From NCBI GenBank assembly GCA_021741325.1, contig JAIOYC010000001.1:3906-67905 (forward strand): a stretch of DNA of 64,000 nucleotides. The letters are read 5' to 3'. Under the pieces are notes generated by a model. That model did not search any database and was not told where the DNA came from. It saw nothing but the letters and a program-made list of their open reading frames with translations. Source of the stretch: Alphaproteobacteria bacterium. Its GTDB lineage: Bacteria; Pseudomonadota; Alphaproteobacteria; Micavibrionales; Micavibrionaceae. The stretch's first letter is position 1, and the number at the start of each line of letters is the position of its first letter. This document shows positions 8,459 through 16,769 of the stretch, piece by piece. A program made the position numbers and the translations under genes.

Positions 8459-9451
8459 ATGCGCAGAAGAGATTTTTTAAAGGCTGCTGGCATAAGCACG
8501 GCTATCCCTCGTGCTTTGTTTGCGCAGACCCAGGAACCCCCGGGACAAGGGCTTCTCAACAAAGACCATAAGGAGCTGATCAGACGCTCGCGCCTGTACC
8601 AAATGGAGATGGATTTTTACGGGACGGAGAACAACACCGATCCATCGAGATACCTAACCAAAATGGATATTTCGGGGATCGATACTCAAAATCTGGGGCG
8701 TCTTCGTACGGATGGCCTATATCTGGCGGATCTGGATCTGAGCGGTTCGAATTTTAGCCGGTCCGTGTTCTATAGACCCAATCTTGGGTCTACAAATTTT
8801 TCAGGAGCGAATTTCTCGGGCGCATCCAAATACAACGAGGGATCTTTCTTTGGATATGGAGATGCGTCGCGCGCCAATTTCTCAAATTCCTCAATGGTTT
8901 ATACGTATTTCTCTGACATGGACCTTTTTGAGGCAGATTTTAAAAACGCCAACCTGCTGAAATCCGTTTTCTCCGGAAAAAGGACCAAGTTCAGTGGCGT
9001 AAGGCTGGAAGGCGCGAATTTACAAGAAGCACAATTTACAAACATCGACTTGTCGGGAGAGGATTTCTCAAAAGCGGGATCTCTTAATCGGGCAGATTTC
9101 AGCGAGTGCGATTTGGGTAACACAACATTCAACTTGAACGAAGACCTTCTCTTCACCAAATTCTACGAACCTAAAAATTTCGACAGCGCGCGGTTTTTAT
9201 ATAAAAACAGAATTGTTCACGGGGTGATAGTATCAGACCCCGCGTATCCGTCCTGCCTGACTTATGAACCCAAACCGGATGACTGGAATGAGAGCCATTC
9301 AGGTCAAATTCACGCGGCGGATATCATGCCGAAACTTGCGCTCAGTGTGTATAATAAGGAAAATTATTGGCTGGGCACGGAGCACCCTCTTTATAAAGAT
9401 GTCCTGAAATTGAAAGAAAAAGGGCTGCCCCCGGCTCTGGATAAGCATTAA
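8459..9451 (+). CDS. pentapeptide-repeat protein with a twin-arginine (Tat) signal peptide
   Basis: MRRRDFLKAAGISTAIPRALFAQ is an RRxFLK Tat motif. A central run of A(D/N)LxX-type pentapeptides follows (LSGSNFSRSVFYRPNLGSTNFSGANFSGAS.., ANLLKSVFSG.., ANLQEAQFTNIDLSGEDFS..). The region is AT-richer than its neighbours. Confidence 0.8.
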   Translation: MRRRDFLKAAGISTAIPRALFAQTQEPPGQGLLNKDHKELIRRSRLYQMEMDFYGTENNTDPSRYLTKMDISGIDTQNLGRLRTDGLYLADLDLSGSNFSRSVFYRPNLGSTNFSGANFSGASKYNEGSFFGYGDASRANFSNSSMVYTYFSDMDLFEADFKNANLLKSVFSGKRTKFSGVRLEGANLQEAQFTNIDLSGEDFSKAGSLNRADFSECDLGNTTFNLNEDLLFTKFYEPKNFDSARFLYKNRIVHGVIVSDPAYPSCLTYEPKPDDWNESHSGQIHAADIMPKLALSVYNKENYWLGTEHPLYKDVLKLKEKGLPPALDKH

Positions 9452-9479
9452 GCCTTAAAATCCTAATCTGGATAAATAG

Positions 9480-9507
9480 AAAAACCGGCTCAAGGCCGGT
9501 TTTTTTC
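9480..9507. terminator. bidirectional rho-independent terminator between the pentapeptide gene and rpmJ
   Basis: aaaaaCCGGCtcaagGCCGGttttttt: a GC stem flanked by an A-run and a T-run, so it reads as a terminator on both strands. Confidence 0.85.
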
Positions 9508-9530
9508 GCTCCCGTGGTAACAGGGAGGGT

Positions 9531-9656
9531 TTAACCCTGGCGCGCCTTATAGCGGGGGTTTTTCTTGTTGATCACGTACAGGCGGCCCTTGCGGCGGATG
9601 ACGCGGCAATTGCGGTCACGGGTTTTAAGGGTTTTCAGCGAGCTTACGACTTTCAT
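9531..9656 (-). CDS. rpmJ: 50S ribosomal protein L36
   Basis: The internal ATG gives the 41-aa [41 protein letters not shown]. The longer track ORF is an upstream extension. Confidence 0.93.
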   Translation of the reverse strand: MKVVSSLKTLKTRDRNCRVIRRKGRLYVINKKNPRYKARQG

Positions 9657-9841
9657 GGCATTGTCCTGTTTGTAGATTAGGGCGGAAAATAACCATCTAC
9701 GGGCGTGTTTGTCAAGCACTCTCTGTTAAGAATGCGGATTGATTTGGGGGACGAACACCCGCATCATTAACCAGATCATAACCGTAGGTTGTTTATGATA
9801 CGGGGGACAGGGCTATAAAATTCGAGAAAATTCGAGGAATA

Positions 9842-11047
9842 ATGACAAATTCAGAGGAAAAAAAGTCGTTCAAGGCCGGCGAAATCATCATGAGGCAGGG
9901 CGAAGAAGGCCATGCCGCGTATGTTATAGAAAAAGGCCGGGTGGAGATCCTGATTCAGCGTCCCGACGGCGTGGAGCAATCTGTGGGAACGCGCGGCGTG
10001 GGCACGATGATCGGGGAAATGGCCATCGTGGACCGCGCGCCCCGGACGGCCACCGTTCGAGCTATTGAGGATTGTTCCCTGCTGGAGATCACGGCGGAGG
10101 ATTTTTCCCGCAGGCTGGAAGAGACAGATCCTATTTTACGGATGACGGCGCAGGTGATCCTGACCCGCTACCGCGACACCCTCACCCGGGCGCATATCAG
10201 CGGCGAGAACAGATCCTGGCCACCCGTGGAGGCTGTGGAGTTGAATTACGCAGGGCAATCCCACGCGGTTGAATCCATCAAGATCGCCAACGAATTCAAG
10301 GATGCGCTGGACCGGAAGCAGCTTTTGCTTCATTACCAGCCGATTATGAACCTGCAGACGGGCGTCGTTGCAGGATTTGAGGCGCTTATGCGCTGGAATC
10401 ATCCCGAGCGCGGGCCTATTTCGCCGGGCGTCTTCATCCCGATTGCGGAAAAAAGCGGCCTGATCGTGCAGGCCAGCCAGTGGGCTCTGCGGGAAGCCTG
10501 CGCGGCGCTGAAGCGCACGGAGGCGCGCACCGGCTATGACCGGCATTTGTTCATGAGCGTGAATTTCTCAAGCTCTGATTTTGCCTCGGACGATTTTGTA
10601 AACAGCGTCTACAACACGATCAGCGAAAGCGATGTGCGCCCCGACCAGGTGCATCTGGAGATTACCGAGCGGTTGCTCATGGATCAGCCGGACAATGCCC
10701 GGGAAACTCTCATGATGTGCCGCAAGGCAGGCATGAGCATTGCCATCGACGATTTCGGGACGGGTTATTCGTCTCTCAGCTATTTGCATTATTTCCCGAT
10801 CGACACGCTGAAGATCGACCAGAGTTTCGTGCGGGACATGCGCAAGAATGCCAACAGCATGGCCCTGATCCGCTCGATCATCGCGCTGGGGAAGAACATG
10901 GGCATGAAGATCATCGCCGAAGGGGTGGAAGAGGCCGTGGAGGGTGATACGCTTCGCGAGCTGGGCTGCGACATGGCGCAGGGTTATTATTTCGCGCGCC
11001 CCATGGCGGAGGCGGATCTGGTGAAGTTTGTCAGGGATTCCCTCTAA
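9842..11047 (+). CDS. cyclic-nucleotide-binding domain / EAL-domain protein (putative c-di-GMP phosphodiesterase)
   Basis: N-terminal cNMP-binding fold (GEMAIVDRAPRTATVRA). C-terminal EAL domain with EALMRW, DDFGTGYSSLSYL and IAEGVEE. No GGDEF domain. Confidence 0.88.
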   Translation: MTNSEEKKSFKAGEIIMRQGEEGHAAYVIEKGRVEILIQRPDGVEQSVGTRGVGTMIGEMAIVDRAPRTATVRAIEDCSLLEITAEDFSRRLEETDPILRMTAQVILTRYRDTLTRAHISGENRSWPPVEAVELNYAGQSHAVESIKIANEFKDALDRKQLLLHYQPIMNLQTGVVAGFEALMRWNHPERGPISPGVFIPIAEKSGLIVQASQWALREACAALKRTEARTGYDRHLFMSVNFSSSDFASDDFVNSVYNTISESDVRPDQVHLEITERLLMDQPDNARETLMMCRKAGMSIAIDDFGTGYSSLSYLHYFPIDTLKIDQSFVRDMRKNANSMALIRSIIALGKNMGMKIIAEGVEEAVEGDTLRELGCDMAQGYYFARPMAEADLVKFVRDSL

Positions 11048-11052
11048 CTGTT

Positions 11053-11199
11053 TAGGGCGTGCGGTCAATTATCGTCTTTTGGCCTGCAAATAACGGTTTT
11101 CTGCGCTTCCGCTTCTCAAATACGTCTCTGTATTCTGCGATGCGGTTCTCGAAAACCGCCATTTTCGGCTCAAAATCCTTCAATTGACCGCACGTCCTA
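11053..11199. repeat. long imperfect inverted repeat (18-bp arms, 17/18 match) in a convergent intergenic region; REP/MITE-like element or structured RNA
   Basis: tagggcgtgcggtcaatt (11053-11070) versus the reverse complement of aattgaccgcacgtccta (11182-11199). A nested 8-bp pair cggttttc/gaaaaccg lies at about 11093-11100 and 11151-11158. Confidence 0.5.
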
Positions 11200-11239
11200 G
11201 TCCCCATGCCAGCTACGGGGGGGCTAAATAGACGGTTTT

Positions 11240-11965
11240 CTAATGAGCCGCCTCGACCAGCGATAGAAATTCGGTGAATCGCGGTGTCTGGGGACGGGTT
11301 AAAATAGAGGACGGGCCCTGTTCCACGATTTTGCCTTCATCCATGAATACAATGCGGTCCGCCGCCTTGCGCGCGAAATTCAACGCGTGGGTGATGAGAA
11401 AAACTCCAATGCCGCGCTCCTTGAGGGTGGAAAGCTTGGCAAGAATGCGCACGGTTTGTTCCACGTCCAGCGCAGAGGTAATTTCATCCATCAGGATATA
11501 ACGGGGATTAAGGATCAGGGCGCGCGCCAGAGCCACGCGTTGACGTTGCCCCACGGAAGCCTGATTGGGATAATTTTCGATGAAATTTCCCATCTCAAAA
11601 AACGAGATCAGCTCTTCAATATCAGCGGCGGCGTCAGGGTTCCGCCCGCGCGCGGGGAGCATGATATTTTCCCGCAACGTCAAATGCGGCCACAGGAACA
11701 GGGATTGAAACACAACGGTCAGGTGCGGCCATGGAGGCTCTATCGGAACTGTCGCCGCGCCCGGAAATTCATGAATCCGCCCATCGATTTCAACGGAGCC
11801 TTTGTCCGGATAATCCAGAAGCGCCAGAGCCCGCAGCAACGTCGTCTTGCCCGTGCCGGATGGACCGATGACACAGGTGATCTCCCCGGGCGCGATCGCG
11901 ATATCGACCCCGCGCAAAACCTGCTTGTTTCCGAAAGATTTTTCTATCCCGGAGGCGATAAGCAT
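11240..11965 (-). CDS. ABC transporter ATP-binding protein (polar amino acid type) with an atypical signature motif
   Basis: Walker A GPSGTGKTT. The signature reads ASVGQRQR instead of LSGGQ. Walker B/D-loop is ILMDEITSALD, H-loop is ITHAL. Its start overlaps the stop of the upstream binding-protein gene by 1 nt. Confidence 0.9.
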   Translation of the reverse strand: MLIASGIEKSFGNKQVLRGVDIAIAPGEITCVIGPSGTGKTTLLRALALLDYPDKGSVEIDGRIHEFPGAATVPIEPPWPHLTVVFQSLFLWPHLTLRENIMLPARGRNPDAAADIEELISFFEMGNFIENYPNQASVGQRQRVALARALILNPRYILMDEITSALDVEQTVRILAKLSTLKERGIGVFLITHALNFARKAADRIVFMDEGKIVEQGPSSILTRPQTPRFTEFLSLVEAAH

Positions 11966-12804
11966 CAGTTGATAACCTCGTAAGGCTTGGCAACAAGAGA
12001 GTACGATTCCAAGCTCGGATCATATTTTCTTATTATTTTCTCGATCGTCCCATTGAGCAAAAGTGTCCGGATTCCGGAATCGCAAAGATGTTTAAGCTTT
12101 ATTTCATCCGGATGAAAAGCCAGTGGCGGAGACGCGTAAGCCCTTATCGGCTCTTCGCTTAACAGCTTTATTTTTCCCGGATTATTTTCAGTATAGATCT
12201 TAGCTGAGGATTTATGCAGGAAGGCAACATCCGCTTTTCCCGTGGCCACCGCTTCCAGGACCATTGAATTGTCATTCATTTGGGCCAGCGCGTATTGCTG
12301 CGCTTGGGGAAACATTTCGGTCGCAATACTCTGCCCTATTTCCCCGTCAATGGTGCTGATTTTAACCAAAGGATCGTTAAGGGGCCCAAATCCTTTGTTA
12401 AAACGGTTCTCATCGGCCCGCACAAAGGCGTGGGTCACCCCAAAATTCGAAGGTATGGAGAAAAGCACCACTCTTGCTCTTTCCGGTTTCTCTAGTAATC
12501 CTGAACATAAGGCGTCATACCGCCCGGATTGAAGCCCTTCGTACATGTTGGCAAAAGCGACTTCTTCAGTCCATTCCACTTTTAGATTAAGCACTTTCCC
12601 CAGCGCTTCCATTTTCTCAACCATAATGCCAGAAAGCGCGCCCGTGTTTACATCCTTCACCGTTTCGGGAGGATAAACGATATAGCCGCATCTTAGCGTA
12701 TTGGTTTTGAGAACGCGCTCGTAAGCGCTTTCCGCGTGGGCGGGAGCGGCGAAGAGAAACGCCAGCAATGTCAGAAGAGCTTTTTTCATGTTCCTTTTCC
12801 TCAT
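11965..12804 (-). CDS. ABC transporter substrate-binding protein (family 3), tandem paralog 3
   Basis: Signal peptide MKKALLTLLAFLFAAPAHA. YERVLKTNTLRCGY..KVEWTEEV..GRYDALC blocks are shared with the two upstream paralogs. ATGA overlap with paralog 2. Confidence 0.85.
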   Translation of the reverse strand: MRKRNMKKALLTLLAFLFAAPAHAESAYERVLKTNTLRCGYIVYPPETVKDVNTGALSGIMVEKMEALGKVLNLKVEWTEEVAFANMYEGLQSGRYDALCSGLLEKPERARVVLFSIPSNFGVTHAFVRADENRFNKGFGPLNDPLVKISTIDGEIGQSIATEMFPQAQQYALAQMNDNSMVLEAVATGKADVAFLHKSSAKIYTENNPGKIKLLSEEPIRAYASPPLAFHPDEIKLKHLCDSGIRTLLLNGTIEKIIRKYDPSLESYSLVAKPYEVIN

Positions 12805-13622
12805 GGTTGATAAGGTTTCGCCAGAGGCAGGTACAAATCCTGCGCCTTGTGGTTTTTCAGGATTTTACCAAAGGTCCCATCGTCGAGAATATCGGTGATG
12901 GTGTTGTTGATCATGTCGGCAAAGCGCAGATCCCCCGCGGGCAGGAGCATCACGTTCGGCTTGATCGCCACGGGCTCTTCGAAAAGGCTGACCAGTGTGC
13001 CGGGATTTCCCTGCAGATAGTCGTGCAGCGTGACCTGGTCGACGAAAGCGACCTGCCCCTTGCCCGCGGTCAGCCCGACCAACATGTCGGAAATCTGTGT
13101 CTGTTCGGTATAGCTTACGGTCTTCGCAGCGGAATAATCCCGCTGAATGATCTGCGACGGCACGGTGCCGTCGACATACGCGAACGTAATCTCCTTTGCA
13201 TTCAAACCTTCTAGATTCTTGATAGTCCCAAGTAAGGGATCGCCCTTGCGAACCACCGCGCGCAGATAGGAATAACTGACCGGCACCGAAAACGCCACCA
13301 GCCGCGCGCGCGCGGGCGTAGGCCAGAAATTCGCGCATACGGCATCATATCGTCCTGTCGCCATGCCCTCGATCGCCGTGGCCCATCCCACTTCTTCGAC
13401 CCATTCGACACCCAGGCTCAGGCGCTTGGCCATTTCCATCGTGAGGTCATAGAAAATGCCGCCCAATTGTTTGGTATTGGGATCAATGGTGAAGGCGGGC
13501 TCCCACTGCACATAGCCGCAGCGGATTTTCCCGCTTGCCATCACGCGGTCGTAGACGGTTTCCGCGCGGGCGGGAAAAGCCGTTGCCAGAAAAAGCCCCA
13601 GCGTCAGAAAAAATTTTTTCAT
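12801..13622 (-). CDS. ABC transporter substrate-binding protein (family 3), tandem paralog 2
   Basis: Signal peptide MKKFFLTLGLFLATAFPARA. YDRVMASGKIRCGY..GVEWVEEV..GRYDAVC. Confidence 0.85.
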   Translation of the reverse strand: MKKFFLTLGLFLATAFPARAETVYDRVMASGKIRCGYVQWEPAFTIDPNTKQLGGIFYDLTMEMAKRLSLGVEWVEEVGWATAIEGMATGRYDAVCANFWPTPARARLVAFSVPVSYSYLRAVVRKGDPLLGTIKNLEGLNAKEITFAYVDGTVPSQIIQRDYSAAKTVSYTEQTQISDMLVGLTAGKGQVAFVDQVTLHDYLQGNPGTLVSLFEEPVAIKPNVMLLPAGDLRFADMINNTITDILDDGTFGKILKNHKAQDLYLPLAKPYQP

Positions 13623-13741
13623 TCCTTCGTTTCCTTCTTACGGCCTTTGTATCTTACATAGTTGAATTTTTTTCTTTTTCATTTCTTTCTTCTACGCTGC
13701 TTCCTGCTCCCGGAAAGGAGAGAGGAAGAGCGGCGGGTCCG

Positions 13742-14581
13742 TTATTCCCCCGCCATCGGTGCGAGAGGACGTTTGAAATCGCCCTTCGGATCGTGTTTTT
13801 TAAACATGTTCTCCAGCTCCCCCGAAACCGTCAATTGCCGCATCACATTGTCGATCAGGGCCTTGAAGGCGGGCTGTTCAGGGGCTATTCCGAAACTGAC
13901 CGCATAGGTGTAGAGAGGCTTGTCGAGGGTCGCCTTGCGCAGGATTCCGGGATTGGCTTTCTCGAAAGCCTCGAACACGGTGGGCAGCACGAAGCCGATA
14001 TCGGACTTTCCGGTGGATACTTGTAGCAGCATCTCGGAAATGCTCGCGTTCTGCGGCAGGATATCCATGTGCGCTTCCGGAAGGAGTTTTTGGGCGGCCA
14101 CGGTGGCTCCCTCGCCATCCAGCCCCGCGACCTTCACGCTTTTCCAGTCCACGGACTCGAACGACATGTCGAATTTCGTGTTGTCCGTCTTCACATAGCC
14201 GTTCACCGGCACATAGGCATAGGGCGTGGTGTAATCCATCTGCCCGGCGCGCGGCAGAGTGAACACGCTGCTGCACACCATGTCGAAGCGCCTGTTTTTG
14301 AGATCCTGGGGGAAGGTCGCGAAACTGACCTGCTCCGCCCACTCCACTTTCAAACCCAGCTCCTTGGCGATGGTCTCAATAAGATCGACGCTCAGGCCGG
14401 AGAAGGCTCCCGTATTTTCATCATGGAGCGTGAAGGGGGGCTCTATAAAATAACCGCACCGGATCACGCCGGATTGGAGGACTTTCTGATAGACGGATTT
14501 TGCGGTATCCACTTCATCCTGAGCAAAAGCTGGAAAACAGAACATGCTGAAAAGCAGTGTAAAAATTACAGGCAATTTCAT
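13742..14581 (-). CDS. ABC transporter substrate-binding protein (family 3), tandem paralog 1
   Basis: The internal ATG at 14581 gives signal peptide MKLPVIFTLLFSMFCFPAFA. YQKVLQSGVIRCGY..KVEWAEQV..RRFDMVC. The track extension to 14764 overlaps sufT and is rejected. Confidence 0.85.
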   Translation of the reverse strand: MKLPVIFTLLFSMFCFPAFAQDEVDTAKSVYQKVLQSGVIRCGYFIEPPFTLHDENTGAFSGLSVDLIETIAKELGLKVEWAEQVSFATFPQDLKNRRFDMVCSSVFTLPRAGQMDYTTPYAYVPVNGYVKTDNTKFDMSFESVDWKSVKVAGLDGEGATVAAQKLLPEAHMDILPQNASISEMLLQVSTGKSDIGFVLPTVFEAFEKANPGILRKATLDKPLYTYAVSFGIAPEQPAFKALIDNVMRQLTVSGELENMFKKHDPKGDFKRPLAPMAGE

Positions 14582-14607
14582 TATTCTCTCCCTGGTTTTT
14601 GTCCTGT

Positions 14608-15033
14608 TTAAAAAAACATGTTCAGTTGCATCTTTGCCGTCTCGGCCATCATGGAAGGGTCCCAGGAGGGATCCCATACAATCTCGACGGTTACCCCGCC
14701 CACGCCTTCCAGCGGCAAAACGGCGGCCTGCACCCAGCCCGGCATTTCCTGCGCCACCGGGCATCCCGGCGATGTAAGGGTCATCTTGATGTCCACGTCA
14801 TGGACCCCGTTTTCCGGTTCGGCAACCGCAACGCTGTAGATCAGGCCCAGCTCATAGATATTGACCGGGATTTCGGGATCGTAGATCTCCTTGATCGCCG
14901 CCTTGATCTTTGGCCAAAGCACATGATCCAGCGGGGCGGAGACATGGGTGGGCTCGGCGAGCTCGTCGTAGCCCTCCTCGCCCAGCGCGTTTTTTACCAT
15001 CTCTTCGCTTGCCACCGGCTCCAGCTTTGTCAT
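14608..15033 (-). CDS. sufT: DUF59/MIP18-family Fe-S assembly protein (SufT-like)
   Basis: DPEIPVNIYELGLIY and MTLTSPGCPV motifs. 4-nt overlap with sufS. Confidence 0.8.
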   Translation of the reverse strand: MTKLEPVASEEMVKNALGEEGYDELAEPTHVSAPLDHVLWPKIKAAIKEIYDPEIPVNIYELGLIYSVAVAEPENGVHDVDIKMTLTSPGCPVAQEMPGWVQAAVLPLEGVGGVTVEIVWDPSWDPSMMAETAKMQLNMFF

Positions 15034-16253
15034 GCGAACATGTCCTGCACTTTTCTTAAGCCTTCCGTCAATTGATTTATGTCGTTCTCGTTCGAATACA
15101 AACCAAACGATGCCCGCACCGTGGCCTCAAGACCCAAGGCCTGCATCAGGGGCATGCAGCAATGATGCCCCGTGCGCACCGCCACCCCGCAGCGATCCAG
15201 AACCATCCCGATATCGGAGGGATGAGCCCCTTCCATCGTGAAGGATATTATACCCGCTTTCTCGGGCGCGGTGCCATGAATCCGCAGGCCCTTGATCGCG
15301 CAGAGCTGTTCGGTGGCCTGGGAAAGAAGGCGGGCCTCATGGGCTGCCACGGCCTCCATCCCTATGGCGGAGAGATAATCGAGCGCCGTCCCCAGACCGA
15401 TCACCTCGACAATCGGAGGCGTTCCGGCCTCAAAGCGGAAGGGGGCTTCCTTGTAGGTCGTGCGCTCGAAGCTCACGCGCTCGATCATGTCCCCGCCGCC
15501 CTGATAAGGCGGCATGGATTCCAGAATTCCGGACTTGCCGTACAACACGCCGATGCCCGTAGGCCCGTAGAGCTTGTGGCCGGTGAAGACATAGAAATCC
15601 GCGCCGAGGGCGGAGACATCCACCGAACCGTGCACAACCGCCTGCGATCCGTCGATCAGGATTTTAATATCCGGATTATATGATTTTGCCGTTTCAACAA
15701 TTTTCCTGACGGGATTAAGGGTGCCCAGCGCGTTGGAGACATGCACCGCGCCGATGAATTTCGTTTTCGCGCTCAGAAGCTTTTCAAACGCCCCTAGATC
15801 CAAAACACCGCGCGCATCGAAGGGAATCGTTTTAATCACAATCCCGGTCTGATCCCGCAGCAATTGCCACGGCACGATGTTGGCATGGTGCTCCATGGCG
15901 GTGAGGAGAATTTCATCCCCGGCCCTGAGATGCGTGCGCCCCCAGCTTTGCGCGACGAGGTTGATAGCCTCGGTGGCGTTCCCCGTAAAAACAATATTCT
16001 TTTCCGAAGGCGCGCCGATGAAGCGGGCGATTTTCCCCCGTACCGCTTCATAATCGGCGGTCAGGTTTTGAGAAAGACTGTAGAGGCCCCGGTGGATATT
16101 GGCGTAGCCCGATTCCAAAACCCTGTTCATGGCCTCGATCACGGCCCGCGGTTTTTGAGCGCTGGACGCGGAATCGAGAAACGCCAGGGACCGCCCGTTC
16201 ATCATCGTCTGAAGAATGGGGAAGTCAGCGCGGTAGTGCGAGATATCGGTCAA
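15030..16253 (-). CDS. sufS: cysteine desulfurase, SufS type; start proposed at TTG 16253
   Basis: PLP-lysine block FTGHKLYGPTG and catalytic Cys block RTGHHCCMPLM. The conserved YRADFPIL N-terminus lies upstream of the first internal ATG. TTG at 16253 has AGGGA 5 nt upstream and gives 407 aa. The track start at 16409 adds a non-conserved extension. Confidence 0.88.
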   Translation of the reverse strand: MTDISHYRADFPILQTMMNGRSLAFLDSASSAQKPRAVIEAMNRVLESGYANIHRGLYSLSQNLTADYEAVRGKIARFIGAPSEKNIVFTGNATEAINLVAQSWGRTHLRAGDEILLTAMEHHANIVPWQLLRDQTGIVIKTIPFDARGVLDLGAFEKLLSAKTKFIGAVHVSNALGTLNPVRKIVETAKSYNPDIKILIDGSQAVVHGSVDVSALGADFYVFTGHKLYGPTGIGVLYGKSGILESMPPYQGGGDMIERVSFERTTYKEAPFRFEAGTPPIVEVIGLGTALDYLSAIGMEAVAAHEARLLSQATEQLCAIKGLRIHGTAPEKAGIISFTMEGAHPSDIGMVLDRCGVAVRTGHHCCMPLMQALGLEATVRASFGLYSNENDINQLTEGLRKVQDMFA

Positions 16254-16438
16254 GTGTTTCCCTGTAAAATCGTTTCCAGCATGAGCGCGAAAGGCACCAC
16301 AGGCCAGATATATACTCTCTGGCCTCAGCAAAAAACAACAAAGCGCAGATGCAGGCGACCATACATTATGTTTTCTAATGCCGTGGAATAGATATCCCCG
16401 CCTTGCCAAAAGCCTATTAATCCCTTATTTCCTTATGT

Positions 16439-16630
16439 ATGAACCTTTTATCCTCCATAATTCTGGGCAGCGCTCTTTTGGCGGTGGCAGGCGTTTTGGT
16501 TCTGGGCATTCTCTCCATGGCGCGGGGCGGGGAGTTCAACAAAAAATACGGCAACCGGCTGATGCAGGCGCGCGTCATTCTGCAAGGGCTGGTTCTGGCC
16601 CTCCTGGCCGTGGCTTACCTGGCTTCCTGA
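16439..16630 (+). CDS. HIG1-domain twin-transmembrane-helix small protein
   Basis: 63 aa, two TM helices separated by ARGGEFNKKYGNRLMQARVILQG, the HIG1-like R-x-R-x3-Q region typical of alphaproteobacteria and mitochondria. Confidence 0.75.
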   Translation: MNLLSSIILGSALLAVAGVLVLGILSMARGGEFNKKYGNRLMQARVILQGLVLALLAVAYLAS

Positions 16631-16712
16631 GATCGCTTATCCAAACGCCGGTTGACGCTTCCTCCCGAAAGACGTAGGGTTTTTTCTTCGTGATTTCATT
16701 GGACAGCACCTC

Positions 16713-16745
16713 GCCCCGCCGGGCGGGTTGTTGTTTTTTTGTTTG
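16713..16745 (+). terminator. putative rho-independent terminator after the HIG1-like gene
   Basis: CCCGC-cgg-GCGGG followed by ttgttgtttttttgtttg. The stem is short, hence moderate confidence. Confidence 0.45.
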
Positions 16746-16769
16746 TGAAAAGAAAGGATTTTCACCGCT

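Noticed and set aside
9817-9836. Perfect 10-bp tandem duplication aaaattcgag x2 immediately upstream of the cNMP-EAL gene
   Set aside because: Only two copies, and it overlaps the SD region. It is too short to call an operator or repeat element, so it is mentioned only under the EAL finding.
11218-11231. Exact 14-mer ggggggctaaatag just downstream of two minus-strand stop codons (11218-11231 and 63766-63779)
   Set aside because: In a 64-kb window several exact 14-mer coincidences are expected by chance (roughly N^2/2 pairs against 4^14 words). The flanks do not extend the match. I do not treat it as a repeat family without a genome-wide count.
13742-14764. N-terminal extensions of track ORFs: 13742-14764, 259-1728, 15030-16409, 41975-42862, 47195-48376, 50198-50809, 28322-29293
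   Set aside because: The extensions overlap the preceding gene or add Arg/Gly-rich non-conserved sequence. Internal starts restore canonical N-termini or signal peptides and normal gene spacing.
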